Origin: Candidatus Omnitrophota bacterium
Lineage (GTDB): Bacteria; Omnitrophota; Omnitrophia; Omnitrophales; Aquincolibacteriaceae
NCBI GenBank assembly: GCA_043808175.1
Contig: JAZDFE010000028.1
Location: 17,079 to 81,078, forward strand
DNA length: 64,000 nucleotides
Direction: 5' to 3'
Each line of letters begins with the position of its first letter. The stretch's first letter is position 1. Made by a program: the position numbers and the translations under genes. Positions 10,790-21,031 of the stretch are shown here, piece after piece. The notes beneath the pieces are model-generated. The model ran no database searches. It was not told the DNA's origin and saw nothing but the letters and a program-made list of their open reading frames with translations.

Positions 10790-13255
10790 CTACGTCGCTT
10801 TTTCAAAAGAGATCCTTTCCCCACGGATCTCCGCCACGATTTTATCCCCCTCCTCGAACTTCCCGCCCAGGATCTCTTCGGCCAACACATTTTCAATATA
10901 ACGCTGGATCGTTCTTTTGAGGGGACGGGCCCCGAAGACCGGATCATACCCCTGATCGATCAAGAACTTCAGAACCTCGTCGGAAAGGATCAGCTCCATC
11001 TTCTTGTCCTTGAGACGATCGTGCACTTCTTTGAGCTCGATATGGATGATCTGCTCCAGGTCCTGACGCGTCAACGGATGAAAAACGATCATGTCATCGA
11101 CGCGGTTCAGGAATTCCGGACGGAAAACTTTTTTTGTTTCATCCAGAAGCTTTTGCTTCAATCCTTCGTAATTCATCTCGTCTTTTTTAGGCGCAAATCC
11201 AAGATCGCCCTGTTTCCGGACAAGTTCCGCCCCGACATTCGAGGTCATGATCACGACGGTATTCCGGAAATCCACCTTGCGACCGAAAGAATCCGTCAAA
11301 CGCCCTTCTTCCATGAGCTGGAGAAGGATATTGAAAACGTCCGGATGCGCCTTTTCGATCTCATCCAGGAGTATCACCGAATACGGACGCCGACGCACCT
11401 TCTCCGTGAGTTGTCCGCCCTCTTCATAGCCGACATACCCCGGAGGCGCCCCTACGAGACGCGAAACGTTGAATTTTTCTCCGTATTCGGAGCAATCCAC
11501 CACGACCACCGCGTCCTGATCACCGAACATGAAATCCGCAAGCGCACGGGCAAGAAGCGTCTTGCCGACACCGGTCGGACCTAAAAAGATAAACGATCCT
11601 ATGGGCCTACGCGGGTTACGAAGCCCGGAACGGGACCGGCGTACCGCGTGCGATATCGCACGGATCGCTTCGTCCTGGCCGATGATCTTCTTGTGGAGCT
11701 CTTCTTCCATTTTGAGAAGACGCGCCGTTTCTTTCTCTTCGAGACGCGCAAGAGGTACACCGGTCCACTTGGAAACCACGAACGCGATATCCTCTTCCGT
11801 CACCTGGACCTCGATCTCGGATTTGGATTCCTTCCAGCTCTTTTTCATTTTCTGGAGTTCTTCCTTGGCCTTACGCTCATCATCCCGCATCTTCGCGGCC
11901 TTTTCGAAATCCTGGGCCTTGATCGAAGCCTCTTTCTCGCGGCGAAGGGATTCGATCTCGGTCTCAACCTTCTTCAGGTCCTTGGGCATGGTCGTAACAG
12001 ACAATCTCGCACGCGAAGCCGCTTCATCAATGATATCGATCGCTTTGTCCGGAAGGAAACGGCCGGAAATGTAGCGGTCAGAAAGTTTCGCCGCAGCTTC
12101 AAGCGCCTCGTCAAGGATCTTCACCCGGTGATGGGCTTCATATTTGTCGCGCAATCCTCTCAGGATCTGGATCGTATCCTCCACGGACGGAGGTTCCACG
12201 ACCACGGTCTGAAAACGACGGGCCAGGGCCGCGTCCTTTTCAATGTACTTCCTGTATTCGTCAAGCGTCGTCGCTCCGATACACTGGATCTCACCGCGGG
12301 AAAGGGAAGGCTTCAAGATATTCGAAGCATCGATCGCGCCCTCGGCGCCTCCGGCGCCAACCAAGGTATGCAATTCATCAATAAAGATCATGACATTTTC
12401 CGTGCGGCGGATCTCGTCCATCACGGCCTTGATACGCTCTTCGAACTGGCCGCGGTATTTCGTCCCCGCCACCATCAGCGCAAGATCGAGCACGACGATA
12501 CGTTTATCCGCCAGGATCTCCGGCACATCGCCGGCGATGATCATCTGCGCGAGACCTTCCACGATCGCGGTCTTTCCGACCCCGGCTTCTCCCAAAAGCA
12601 CGGGGTTATTTTTTGTGCGCCGCGCGAGGATCTGGATCACGCGCTGGATCTCGTCTTGCCGGCCCACGACCGGGTCTAGTTTTCCTTCTCGAGCGAGTTG
12701 TGAAAGATCGCGACCAAATGCGTCAAGCGCGGGCGTTTTTGTCTTGGACTTCCCGCCGGCCCCGCCCCCGGGACCACCCATGGGGAGCGACGGCGCACCG
12801 GGTTCCGCATTCGGCGTCGTGGAACCCAAGAGTTTGATCACTTCGGAACGCACCTTGTTGAGGTCAAGCCCCACATTCATGAGCACATGGCTCGCCACAC
12901 CCTCACCTTCTTTGATGAGACCCAGAAGCAAATGCTCGGTCCCGATGTAGTTATGCCCGAGACGACGCGCCTCATCCATCGCCAACTCGATCACTTTCTT
13001 GGCCTTGGGCGTGAACGGGATATCCCCGGAAACAACCGTGCTCGGTCCGAATTGGACAAGTTTTTCAACTTCCAAGCGGATCGTATCAAGCGACAGCCCG
13101 AGATTCTGGAGCACCGCCGCCGCAACACTTTCCCCCTCCTTGATAAGCCCGAGCAAAATATGCTCGGTCCCGATGTAATCGTGATTGAATCTTTTCGCTT
13201 CTTCCTTGGCGAGAATAATGACCTTACGAGCTCTTTCCGTGAAACGATCGAACAT
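10790..13255 (-). CDS. clpC: ATP-dependent Clp protease ATP-binding subunit ClpC
   Basis: 821 aa. It has tandem Clp_N repeats ([10 protein letters not shown] and [10 protein letters not shown]), two AAA+ modules (GEAGVGKT and GPTGVGKT) and a UVR-like linker. Confidence 0.9.
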   Translation of the reverse strand: MFDRFTERARKVIILAKEEAKRFNHDYIGTEHILLGLIKEGESVAAAVLQNLGLSLDTIRLEVEKLVQFGPSTVVSGDIPFTPKAKKVIELAMDEARRLGHNYIGTEHLLLGLIKEGEGVASHVLMNVGLDLNKVRSEVIKLLGSTTPNAEPGAPSLPMGGPGGGAGGKSKTKTPALDAFGRDLSQLAREGKLDPVVGRQDEIQRVIQILARRTKNNPVLLGEAGVGKTAIVEGLAQMIIAGDVPEILADKRIVVLDLALMVAGTKYRGQFEERIKAVMDEIRRTENVMIFIDELHTLVGAGGAEGAIDASNILKPSLSRGEIQCIGATTLDEYRKYIEKDAALARRFQTVVVEPPSVEDTIQILRGLRDKYEAHHRVKILDEALEAAAKLSDRYISGRFLPDKAIDIIDEAASRARLSVTTMPKDLKKVETEIESLRREKEASIKAQDFEKAAKMRDDERKAKEELQKMKKSWKESKSEIEVQVTEEDIAFVVSKWTGVPLARLEEKETARLLKMEEELHKKIIGQDEAIRAISHAVRRSRSGLRNPRRPIGSFIFLGPTGVGKTLLARALADFMFGDQDAVVVVDCSEYGEKFNVSRLVGAPPGYVGYEEGGQLTEKVRRRPYSVILLDEIEKAHPDVFNILLQLMEEGRLTDSFGRKVDFRNTVVIMTSNVGAELVRKQGDLGFAPKKDEMNYEGLKQKLLDETKKVFRPEFLNRVDDMIVFHPLTRQDLEQIIHIELKEVHDRLKDKKMELILSDEVLKFLIDQGYDPVFGARPLKRTIQRYIENVLAEEILGGKFEEGDKIVAEIRGERISFEKAT

Positions 13256-13321
13256 TGTGAACCTCCAAATTAATTAAACCGTTGTAAGACTGACTATAAT
13301 AACGGAGATTTATGTGATTCT

Positions 13322-14386
13322 CTAAAGAACGACTTTCGCGAAATATTCACGGATGCGAGAAGCGCGACGGGCATCACGTTCCGTAGTTCCAAGTTCTTTG
13401 CCGTTCATCTTCTGGAGATGCGCCGGCTGGATCAAAAGAAAAAGCTGGTTCAGATCCGTGTGAGTCACCTGTCCTTCCAAAACCCCGACATCGATCCCGA
13501 CCTGCACAAGTGACAAGAGCTGAATCGCCTCGGAGGAGGACATCATACGTGCCGATTTGAGCACCGCCAGGGCCCGCCAAATCTGATCTTCCATTTTGCT
13601 TTTGCGTTTTTTCTTGAGATACTCCCGGGCCTCGCGTTCATGCGTGATCACTTGCCGGATCACGCCCTCAAGATTCGAAATGATTTCACCTTCCGGCTGT
13701 CCCAATGTGATCTGGTTTGAAAATTGGAAAAAATTCCCGCTCGCTTGTGTTCCCTCGCCGTAAAGTCCGCGCACTGCAAGATTAAGCTTTGAAAGGGCCT
13801 GCAAAACTTTGTGAACCTGTTTGGTCAGAACAAGGCTCGGCAGATGCAGCATGCACGAGGCCCGGATGCCGGTTCCGACATTCGTCGGACAAGCCGTCAA
13901 ATACCCAAGCGTCCCGTCGAAGGCAAAATCCAGATCTTTTTCAAGTTCATTATCGATCTCATCGGCAATACGCCAGGTTTCGACGAGATTGAGACCCGAC
14001 TGGAACACTTGGAGCCGCAAATGGTCTTCTTCGATCATCATCAAACTCACCATTTCATCCGGCGTGATCACGACCGCACTCCTGCCCTCTTCCAAGAAAA
14101 GCTCCCGGCTGACCAAATGGCGCTCCAGAAGAAATTGCCGATCGAGTTCGGAAAGTTCTGTCGAAGAAATAAAATAAGCGTTTTTAAGGAAATTAGATCT
14201 CTTAATCGCCTCTCCAACTTCTTGAATGATCGCGATGCGCTGCTCGCCCGCAAGGCGGCTTAAAAAAGGATAACTCGCGAGATTGCGCGCCATGCGCAGG
14301 CGCGAGCTGATCACCACGTCACTTTCAGGCCCTGTAGCCCGGAGCCAATTCACCGGCTGGTCAATAAAACGATCGATCTCACTCAT
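13322..14386 (-). CDS. mcsB: Protein arginine kinase McsB
   Basis: Phosphagen-kinase-type core (CPTNVGTGIRASCMLHLP). I trimmed the start to MSEIDRFIDQP (ATG at 14386), which overlaps the mcsA stop by 8 nt. The longer ORF-track N-terminus lies out of frame inside mcsA. Confidence 0.8.
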   Translation of the reverse strand: MSEIDRFIDQPVNWLRATGPESDVVISSRLRMARNLASYPFLSRLAGEQRIAIIQEVGEAIKRSNFLKNAYFISSTELSELDRQFLLERHLVSRELFLEEGRSAVVITPDEMVSLMMIEEDHLRLQVFQSGLNLVETWRIADEIDNELEKDLDFAFDGTLGYLTACPTNVGTGIRASCMLHLPSLVLTKQVHKVLQALSKLNLAVRGLYGEGTQASGNFFQFSNQITLGQPEGEIISNLEGVIRQVITHEREAREYLKKKRKSKMEDQIWRALAVLKSARMMSSSEAIQLLSLVQVGIDVGVLEGQVTHTDLNQLFLLIQPAHLQKMNGKELGTTERDARRASRIREYFAKVVL

Positions 14387-14900
14387 CTTTTGGTCTCTTC
14401 GCTTTCTTGAACTTGGCCAAAGCTTGTTTAATCTCGTCCCGCAAGTGCGCCGCCTCCTCGAACGCTTCTTCTTGAATGCTTTTGCGGAGTTTTTCCTGTA
14501 GCTGGCGCAGGTCGTGGACGCTGCGCGTTTCCTTCGGGATACGGGATGGTTTTTTACCGACATGAGAACCCGAACGCTGGACTTGTTTGATGACGGTCGC
14601 AAGCGGTTTTTGAAAAGAGACATAGCATCCCGCACAGCCGAGACGCCCGTTCTTGGCGAAATCTTCGTAATTCATACCGCAGTCTTTGCAAACGAGCGGT
14701 ATTTTCTTGCCTGAAGCGCCGGGCACCGGCTCAAGACCCGGCATACCGGTCAGCAGATCTCCAAAATTGAAATAGGTTTTAAACTCCGTGCCTTTTTCTT
14801 CGGCGCACGCTTCGCAGATATGGACCTCGGCCATCTGGCCGTTGACAATCTCGGTCAGATGGATGGTCGCTTCTTTTGTGCCGCAAATATTGCAGATCAT
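14379..14900 (-). CDS. mcsA: McsA, activator of protein arginine kinase (zinc fingers plus UVR)
   Basis: CNICGTKEA...HICEACAEEKG and VCKDCG...GCAGCY are Cys4 pairs. A C-terminal UVR-like helix follows (FEEAAHLRDEIK). Confidence 0.8.
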   Translation of the reverse strand: MICNICGTKEATIHLTEIVNGQMAEVHICEACAEEKGTEFKTYFNFGDLLTGMPGLEPVPGASGKKIPLVCKDCGMNYEDFAKNGRLGCAGCYVSFQKPLATVIKQVQRSGSHVGKKPSRIPKETRSVHDLRQLQEKLRKSIQEEAFEEAAHLRDEIKQALAKFKKAKRPKDE

Positions 14901-14928
14901 GATGGGCTGGCTCCGGACTCGCGAAGGA

Positions 14929-15834
14929 TCAAAGCGTGTAGCGCACGCCGTCTTTATGGGTCATTTCCCGAAAATCCCTGAGAAGCATGTTCGTGATCTT
15001 CCCCGGCTTGCCCTCGCCGATCCCGCGCCCGTCGATCTTCACGACCGGAATGACCTCCGCCGCCGTGCCGGTCAGAAATACCTCGTCCGCATTAAAAAGA
15101 TCATGCCTCGTAATGATGCGTTCCTCAAAAGGCAACTTGATCCTTGCCGCGATCTCGAGGATAGCCTGGCGTGTGATACCCCTGAGCGCTCCGAGATAAG
15201 TGGGCGGCGTGAGCAGGATATGATCTTTCACCGTCTGACCCTTGCCTGTTTTTTTGACCATGAATACGTTGTCGCCGGTACACTCCGTCACATAGCCCTG
15301 ATGATTGAGCATGAGCGCTTCCATGCAACCGCCGTTCTTGGCTTCGATCTTCGCCATGATATTGTTGAGGTAGTTCAGGCTCTTGATCGAAGGATTCACG
15401 GCCTCCGGAAGGTTCCGCACCGTCGGCACAGTAATGATCCCCAGACCCTTTTGATAAAGGATCTTGGGATAAAGCGCGATCTTGTCCGTAATGATGAAGA
15501 CCGTGGCTTTTTTGCAAAGCCAGGGTGAAAGCCCGAGATCCCCCACGCCGCGCGTCACCACCACGCGGATATAAGCATCCATCAGCCCGTTCTTCTTGAG
15601 CGTTGAAAGGATCGCGGCTTTCATAGCCTTCACGTCCATGGGGATCGTGAGCATCAGGGTATGCGCCGATTCCCAAAGCCGTTCCAAATGTTCATCCAGT
15701 TTAAAAACCAGTCCGTTATAAGCGCGGATCCCTTCAAAGACACCATCGCCGTACAAAAGTCCGTGATCAAAGATCGAGATCTTCGCTTCGCTTTTGGGAT
15801 ACCATTTGCCATCCATGTAGATCTGAAGTTCCAT
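14929..15834 (-). CDS. ilvE: Branched-chain amino acid aminotransferase (class IV PLP fold)
   Basis: 301 aa. FDHGLLYGDGVFEGIRAY and the later TGTAAEV segment are typical of BCAT / class IV aminotransferases. Confidence 0.7.
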   Translation of the reverse strand: MELQIYMDGKWYPKSEAKISIFDHGLLYGDGVFEGIRAYNGLVFKLDEHLERLWESAHTLMLTIPMDVKAMKAAILSTLKKNGLMDAYIRVVVTRGVGDLGLSPWLCKKATVFIITDKIALYPKILYQKGLGIITVPTVRNLPEAVNPSIKSLNYLNNIMAKIEAKNGGCMEALMLNHQGYVTECTGDNVFMVKKTGKGQTVKDHILLTPPTYLGALRGITRQAILEIAARIKLPFEERIITRHDLFNADEVFLTGTAAEVIPVVKIDGRGIGEGKPGKITNMLLRDFREMTHKDGVRYTL

Positions 15835-15857
15835 TTTCTTCTCCTGGGTTCTTACCT

Positions 15858-16592
15858 TTATAAAACCGGTTTATTGTTAATGATCGTTTCCGGGGCCGGA
15901 ACCTTCGACTGCCCGGGAATCAGGACTCCGTCCTGCAAACGATAGGAGCGTGCATATCTTGATGCCATCTCCTCATCGTGAGTCACGACCAGAAATGCCT
16001 GACCTTCCTGTTGATTAAGTTCGTTCAGAAGCGTCATCACTGAGCCCGCGGTCTCAGGATCCAGATTCCCGGTAGGTTCATCACAAAGCACCACGGCCGG
16101 ATGGTTCACAAGCGCCCGCGCGATTGCCACACGCTGCTGCTCACCGCCCGAAAGCTCGGAGGGGTAATGGGTCCTGCGGTTCCAAAGACGCACGCGCTTC
16201 AAAATTTCCTTGACCCACGGCTTGTTGGGCTTTCCCGCGATCAGAGTCGGCAAGAGCACATTTTCAAAAACGGTCAATTCAGGCAGCAAGTGATAGAACT
16301 GGAACACAAAACCGACTTGATGACTTCGCAACCGCGCGAGTTCCCTTTCCGACATCTCGACCATATCTTTGCCTTCAAAGAAGATCTTCCCGTCAGTCGC
16401 CCGGTCCAAACCGCCGAGAATGTGCAGCAGGGTCGATTTTCCGCAACCCGACTTTCCGGTAATAAAAACCATCTCCTCCTTGCGAACGATCAATTGAACC
16501 GAACGCAAGATCTCCAGTGTCCCAACCGGTGTCTCGTAATCTTTACGGACATCGAACGCGCTTAGCAAGGGGGCTTCTACAATGTCACTCAT
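15858..16592 (-). CDS. lolD: Lipoprotein-releasing ABC ATPase LolD
   Basis: Walker [10 protein letters not shown], signature LSGGEQQR and Walker [11 protein letters not shown]. It lies downstream of a LolC/E-type permease. Confidence 0.75.
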   Translation of the reverse strand: MSDIVEAPLLSAFDVRKDYETPVGTLEILRSVQLIVRKEEMVFITGKSGCGKSTLLHILGGLDRATDGKIFFEGKDMVEMSERELARLRSHQVGFVFQFYHLLPELTVFENVLLPTLIAGKPNKPWVKEILKRVRLWNRRTHYPSELSGGEQQRVAIARALVNHPAVVLCDEPTGNLDPETAGSVMTLLNELNQQEGQAFLVVTHDEEMASRYARSYRLQDGVLIPGQSKVPAPETIINNKPVL

Positions 16593-17892
16593 AGCGGAGC
16601 GCCTCGACCGGATTGAGATTCGCCGCCCGGTGTGCCGGATAAAAACCCGCCACCACCGCCACGATCAGCGCAAAACCGACGATGGTCAAAACGTCTGGCA
16701 TATGCACCTCGGATGGAATGCGATCGAAAAGATAGATATCGCTCGGGAACACATCAAGCCCGGTGGTTTTTTTAAGGAAATCCGCCACGGGATTCAGATT
16801 ATACGCAAGCGCAAGCCCCATCACCGCCCCAAGAATGATCCCCAGAGATCCGATGCTGAATCCTTCCATGACAAAGATCCTGCGAATGCTCATGCGTGTC
16901 GCCCCAAGCGCCCGGAGGATCCCGATGTCTTTGGTCTTTTCCATCACGACCATGGTAAGGGTCGAAATGATATTGAACGCCGCCACCAGGATAATGAGCG
17001 CCAGGAGGATCGTCATCACGCTCTTTTCGACCTTAAGCGCCTGAAAAAAATTCTGGTTCATATCATACCAGGAACGGAAAAAATACTGATTTGAAAAATC
17101 CCCAGCGATCACCCACTTCCATTTTTCCGCATCGTCCACATTCTTAAAACGCATGCTGATCCCGGATACCTTGTGTCCCATCTGATAGACCTTTTGAGCC
17201 TGATCGATAGCAACAAGCGCGAGTGAAGTGTCAAAATCGTTCATCCCCACGCGATAGATCCCACGCACCAGGAACGGCCAGGTTCGTACGTGCATCGGAA
17301 GCGGGACGAACGGATTTTCGGGTTCAGGGATCGGCGTGATCATGTAGATCACATCCCCCACTTGGGCGCCAAGCGATGCCGCTAAATTCTCCCCGATAAC
17401 AACACTGCCGTAACGCGTCTCGATCTTGTGTTTAAAGAACCAAAGGAACCGCTTGCGCTCAATCTGCACGGAATCTTTAAAATTCAAAGTCCCGGATACC
17501 AAGTTCTTCTCAAAGATGTTCAGATCTTCCGACTCCGGATCAATCCCCTTGACCACAACACCGGTCGCATTCTTGGTGCTCCGGAGAATGGCCTGTCCTT
17601 CGACGAATCTTGACGCGGAAACAAGCCCGGGAATGTTATGTCTCCGGATCGCGGCAATGTCACGGTCCGCATCCTCGATCCCATCCACTTTTTCGATCCT
17701 CAAGTGCGGCTGAACGCCCACGATCTTGTTTTTCAACTCACGGTCAAAGCCGCTCATCACCGCAAGCACAACGATCAGGGCCATGACCCCGATCGCCACC
17801 CCGCCGACCGAGATCATGGAGATGAGTGAAATAAAACCCGTCTTGCGCCGCCGTGTCAGATGTCTTCCTGCGATAAAAGTTTCAAATCCCAT
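16585..17892 (-). CDS. lolC: Lipoprotein-releasing system permease LolC/E (FtsX/MacB-type)
   Basis: 435 aa. An N-terminal TM helix is followed by a large periplasmic domain and a C-terminal FtsX-like 3-TM bundle. It overlaps lolD by 8 nt. Confidence 0.7.
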   Translation of the reverse strand: MGFETFIAGRHLTRRRKTGFISLISMISVGGVAIGVMALIVVLAVMSGFDRELKNKIVGVQPHLRIEKVDGIEDADRDIAAIRRHNIPGLVSASRFVEGQAILRSTKNATGVVVKGIDPESEDLNIFEKNLVSGTLNFKDSVQIERKRFLWFFKHKIETRYGSVVIGENLAASLGAQVGDVIYMITPIPEPENPFVPLPMHVRTWPFLVRGIYRVGMNDFDTSLALVAIDQAQKVYQMGHKVSGISMRFKNVDDAEKWKWVIAGDFSNQYFFRSWYDMNQNFFQALKVEKSVMTILLALIILVAAFNIISTLTMVVMEKTKDIGILRALGATRMSIRRIFVMEGFSIGSLGIILGAVMGLALAYNLNPVADFLKKTTGLDVFPSDIYLFDRIPSEVHMPDVLTIVGFALIVAVVAGFYPAHRAANLNPVEALRYE

Positions 17893-17901
17893 AAGAGCTC
17901 C

Positions 17902-19302
17902 TTAAGACTCCGCCTCGGCCTGTTCGATCGTTTTTTTTTCCGGCTTCAATTGAGGAAATAAGATCACATCCCGGATGGAAGCCTGATTGGTAAGAAGCAT
18001 GACCAGTCGATCAATTCCGATCCCTAGCCCGCCGGCAGGCGGCATCCCGTATTCCAATGCCATCAAAAAATCCTCATCGACCTCTTTTGATTCTCCAATA
18101 AGCTCTTTTTGTTCCATGAGACGCTCACGCTGGATCGCGGGATCGTTCAGTTCAGAAAAGGCATTTGCGATCTCCATCTTTGCGACAAAAAGCTCAAACC
18201 GGTATACCAGCTCCGGGTCCTCAGTCTTGGCCTTCGCCAAGGGCGTCATGACCGTCGGGTAATCGATCACAAAAACAGGGTCCCAAAAATCCTTCTCGAC
18301 CTTCTCCCCGAAGATCTCGTTTAAGATATCGATATCGTCCATGTTATCGGCAATTTCCACGCGAAGTTTCTTCGCCGCGTCCCAGACATTGGCCTTCCGG
18401 AAATCCATGCCTGTCGCCGCTTCAAGCGCGCCATAAAAGGAAACGCGCTTCCAGGGCCGTTTAAAGTTCAGGGTCTTGTCACCGTACGGGATCTCTTCTT
18501 TGCCGTAAAGCATCGTCACGAGGTGATGCGTCAGTTCTTCCGTGATAGCCATCATGTCCTCGTAATCCGCATACGCCTGGTAAAGCTCCATCATCGTAAA
18601 TTCGGGATTATGGCGGACGGAGATACCCTCATTGCGAAAATTGCGATTGATCTCATAGACTTTTTCAAAACCTCCCACGAGAAGGCGTTTGAGATAAAGC
18701 TCCGGCGCCACACGAAGAAAAAGATCGGTGTGGAGCGTGTGATGATGCGTGACAAAAGGCTTTGCCCGAGCGCCGCCGGCCAGGGGCTGCATCATGGGTG
18801 TTTCCACTTCCATAAAATCCTTCTTGTCAAGAAACGCGCGGATCTCGCGAATAATGCGGCTGCGCGTTTTAAAGGTTTCTCGCACTTCATCATTCGAGAT
18901 CAGGTCGACATAACGGTGGCGGTAGCGGGTCTCCACATCTTTCAGGCCGTGCCATTTCTCAGGCAATGTGCGAACTATTTTGGAAAGCCGCTCGAACTTC
19001 TCGATCTTGATCGTGAGCTCCCCCGTTTTGGATTTGAAGAGTTCTCCCTCGAGCCCGAGGATGTCCCCAAGCGAAAGCCCCGTAAAGAACTTATAGCTTT
19101 CTTCGCCGAGCATATCCTGTTTGGCGTAGATCTGCATGCGTGCGCCTTCGTCCTTCAGGTCCGCGAACACGCTCTTTCCCATGTCACGACGGGTCATAAG
19201 GCGTCCTGCCACACGTACCTTGCGGCCCTCCCGGAAATTCGTCCGGATCTCCGCAAGAGAGTCCTTGGGGAGAAATCTTTGCCCGTAATCCGATATGTTC
19301 AT
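17902..19302 (-). CDS. lysS: Lysyl-tRNA synthetase (class II)
   Basis: 466 aa with an OB anticodon-binding N-terminus, class II motifs (FRNEGIS and PPAGGLGIGIDRLVM) and typical LysRS length. Confidence 0.9.
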   Translation of the reverse strand: MNISDYGQRFLPKDSLAEIRTNFREGRKVRVAGRLMTRRDMGKSVFADLKDEGARMQIYAKQDMLGEESYKFFTGLSLGDILGLEGELFKSKTGELTIKIEKFERLSKIVRTLPEKWHGLKDVETRYRHRYVDLISNDEVRETFKTRSRIIREIRAFLDKKDFMEVETPMMQPLAGGARAKPFVTHHHTLHTDLFLRVAPELYLKRLLVGGFEKVYEINRNFRNEGISVRHNPEFTMMELYQAYADYEDMMAITEELTHHLVTMLYGKEEIPYGDKTLNFKRPWKRVSFYGALEAATGMDFRKANVWDAAKKLRVEIADNMDDIDILNEIFGEKVEKDFWDPVFVIDYPTVMTPLAKAKTEDPELVYRFELFVAKMEIANAFSELNDPAIQRERLMEQKELIGESKEVDEDFLMALEYGMPPAGGLGIGIDRLVMLLTNQASIRDVILFPQLKPEKKTIEQAEAES

Positions 19303-19432
19303 TTAGACTTATCCTTATTCCTTGATGCAGAATGATTTAAGACGATTTGAGGCGTTATTATATGTTAGTTTTCAGGCGGGGTCAATTGACGGATAACCTC
19401 TATTTACCTTGACCCTCCTTCTCCATTTGCCT

Positions 19433-20605
19433 ATGATTCCACTCCTTATGGAAATCATCGCGAATGCTACGTTATTTCTCCTCCTCTTCATTCTGGCAGG
19501 CTGGGTCTATCGCAGCTGGCGATCGTTATCCGAGTTGAAACAAGCGCCCACCCTGAAGCTCGCGGGGCCTGCACCCCGCCAAGGAAAAGTTTCGATCCTC
19601 ATTCCCGCCAAGAATGAAGAGAAGAATATCGCGGATTGCGTCCAGCCTCTCCTCGCCCAACTTCGTGAGAACGATGAGATTTTTGTCATCAATAACTGTT
19701 CCGAGGACAGGACAGAAGCGGTCCTTAAGAAACTTGGGGCTGTTGAGGTCCGGTCCGAAGATCCTTCAGGGAATTCACGCGCAAAGTTCAAATACCTCAA
19801 CACCCCCTCCACCCCAGGGGGATGGACAGGCAAGAATTTCGCCCTCCATCTCGGGATCGAACATGCGGCAGGCGACTGGCTTCTTTTCACCGACGCGGAT
19901 ACTCGCCACGAACCCGGGAGCCTCAACGCGGCCCTTTCCTTTGCGGAAGGACGAAAGCTCGACCTTTTGACACTCCTGCCTCGCTGCCTTGCCCATGGCT
20001 TTTGGGAAGAAGTGATCCAACCTTGCGCGATGGGCTATATGGGGCTTTGGTTCCCCGTCCGAAAGATCAATGATCCGAAATCCAAGGTTTATTTCGGGAA
20101 TGGACAGTACTTGCTCATACGTGCGGAATATTATCGAAAGATCGGCGGACACGAGGATGTGAAGGAAGCCTTTCTCGAAGACTTTGCGTTGATGCAAAAG
20201 ACGAAAGAAACGGGAGCCCGCGGGATGTGCGCTTTCGGAATGGAAATCTACGGCACAAGAATGTATGAATCCTTTGGCGCGATCTGGCGGGGCTGGCGGA
20301 GGATCTATCTTCATGCATTTGAACAAAAGCCGCTGCCAATCCTGAAATGCGGCCTGAGTGTTTTCTTTTTTTCTTTCTTCCCCTTTATAGTACTGGCCAC
20401 GCTGCCTTGGTCTTTCTCCTTTTCTCTGCTTCTTTGTCTCTTTATTCTTGCTATTATTTTCGCCACCGCAGCCACGGCCTACGCGATCGTCAGAGCCAGG
20501 AAGCGTTATGCCCTGCTTCATCCGCTCGCAGCGCTGGTCTTTACGGCCATTCTCTTCGACGCCTTTCAAATGGCCTTTTTCCAACGCCAAACCCACTGGC
20601 GCTAA
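19433..20605 (+). CDS. Membrane glycosyltransferase family 2
   Basis: This is the only plus-strand gene. VSILIPAKNEEKNI and LLFTDADTRHEP (DxD-type) are GT2 motifs, flanked by TM helices. The ORF track starts at a TTG (19409). ATG 19433 (MIPLLMEII) is my preferred start. Confidence 0.7.
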   Translation: MIPLLMEIIANATLFLLLFILAGWVYRSWRSLSELKQAPTLKLAGPAPRQGKVSILIPAKNEEKNIADCVQPLLAQLRENDEIFVINNCSEDRTEAVLKKLGAVEVRSEDPSGNSRAKFKYLNTPSTPGGWTGKNFALHLGIEHAAGDWLLFTDADTRHEPGSLNAALSFAEGRKLDLLTLLPRCLAHGFWEEVIQPCAMGYMGLWFPVRKINDPKSKVYFGNGQYLLIRAEYYRKIGGHEDVKEAFLEDFALMQKTKETGARGMCAFGMEIYGTRMYESFGAIWRGWRRIYLHAFEQKPLPILKCGLSVFFFSFFPFIVLATLPWSFSFSLLLCLFILAIIFATAATAYAIVRARKRYALLHPLAALVFTAILFDAFQMAFFQRQTHWR

Positions 20606-20608
20606 CAC

Positions 20609-20647
20609 AAAAAAAGCGTTACCTCGGGTTTGTATCCAAGATAACGC
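20609..20647 (-). terminator. Rho-independent terminator for the minus-strand unit ending at 20668
   Basis: On the minus strand, GCGTTATCTTGG-ATACAAAC-CCGAGGTAACGC forms a 12-bp stem including two G-U pairs. It is followed by TTTTTTTGTG. Confidence 0.7.
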
Positions 20648-20667
20648 CTCTCCGAAATAAACGATTC

Positions 20668-20997
20668 TTAGTTAGAACTATTTTTGCTTGGTTTGGACTT
20701 CTCAGAACTCAACTTGCTACTTTTCTTGGAGGAAGACTTTTTCACAGAACTCTTTTTCGCTTTCTTCTTTTTCGTTTCTTCCGTTTTCTTCTTCTCTTTT
20801 GTCGTACCGACCTCATTCACCGCGTTACTCGTCTGACCAGCCGCCATTGCACTCACGGGGCTTTCACTTGTCACGGTCGCCTGGGGCTCCGGAGAGACCA
20901 TCGGATCCAGATCCCGGGAGATCTCTGCACCTGCGCTTGGAATCCAAAAACCCAGGACAGTTAAAATCAATATTGAGATCATGGCTTTTTTCATCAA
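20668..20997 (-). CDS. Small secreted Lys/Ser-rich protein (hypothetical)
   Basis: The signal peptide is MMKKAMISILILTVLGFWIPSAGA. A low-complexity basic tail follows (KKKTEETKKKKAKKSSVKKSSSKK). Confidence 0.45.
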   Translation of the reverse strand: MMKKAMISILILTVLGFWIPSAGAEISRDLDPMVSPEPQATVTSESPVSAMAAGQTSNAVNEVGTTKEKKKTEETKKKKAKKSSVKKSSSKKSSKLSSEKSKPSKNSSN

Positions 20998-21031
20998 AAT
21001 TTCTCCTTAGGGGTTGATTATGATGTTATTC

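Noticed and set aside
11648-12950. 343-aa and 235-aa plus-strand ORFs inside clpC.
   Set aside because: They are antisense shadows of an unambiguous ClpC gene. Their composition is typical of reverse-frame translation.
13256-13321. Search for a CtsR operator (tandem GGTCAAA-type heptads) upstream of clpC, and also of mcsA at 14901..14928.
   Set aside because: No convincing direct heptad repeat is present.
14387-14635. 83-aa N-terminal extension of the McsB ORF in the ORF track.
   Set aside because: It lies out of frame within mcsA and is extremely basic low-complexity sequence. The conserved McsB N-terminus begins at MSEIDRF (ATG 14386).
19775-20608. 277-aa minus-strand ORF opposite the GT2 gene. 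It would have kept the window entirely single-stranded.
   Set aside because: The plus-strand product has clear GT2 motifs and TM helices. The minus-strand translation is Arg/Gly/Lys-rich with no motif.
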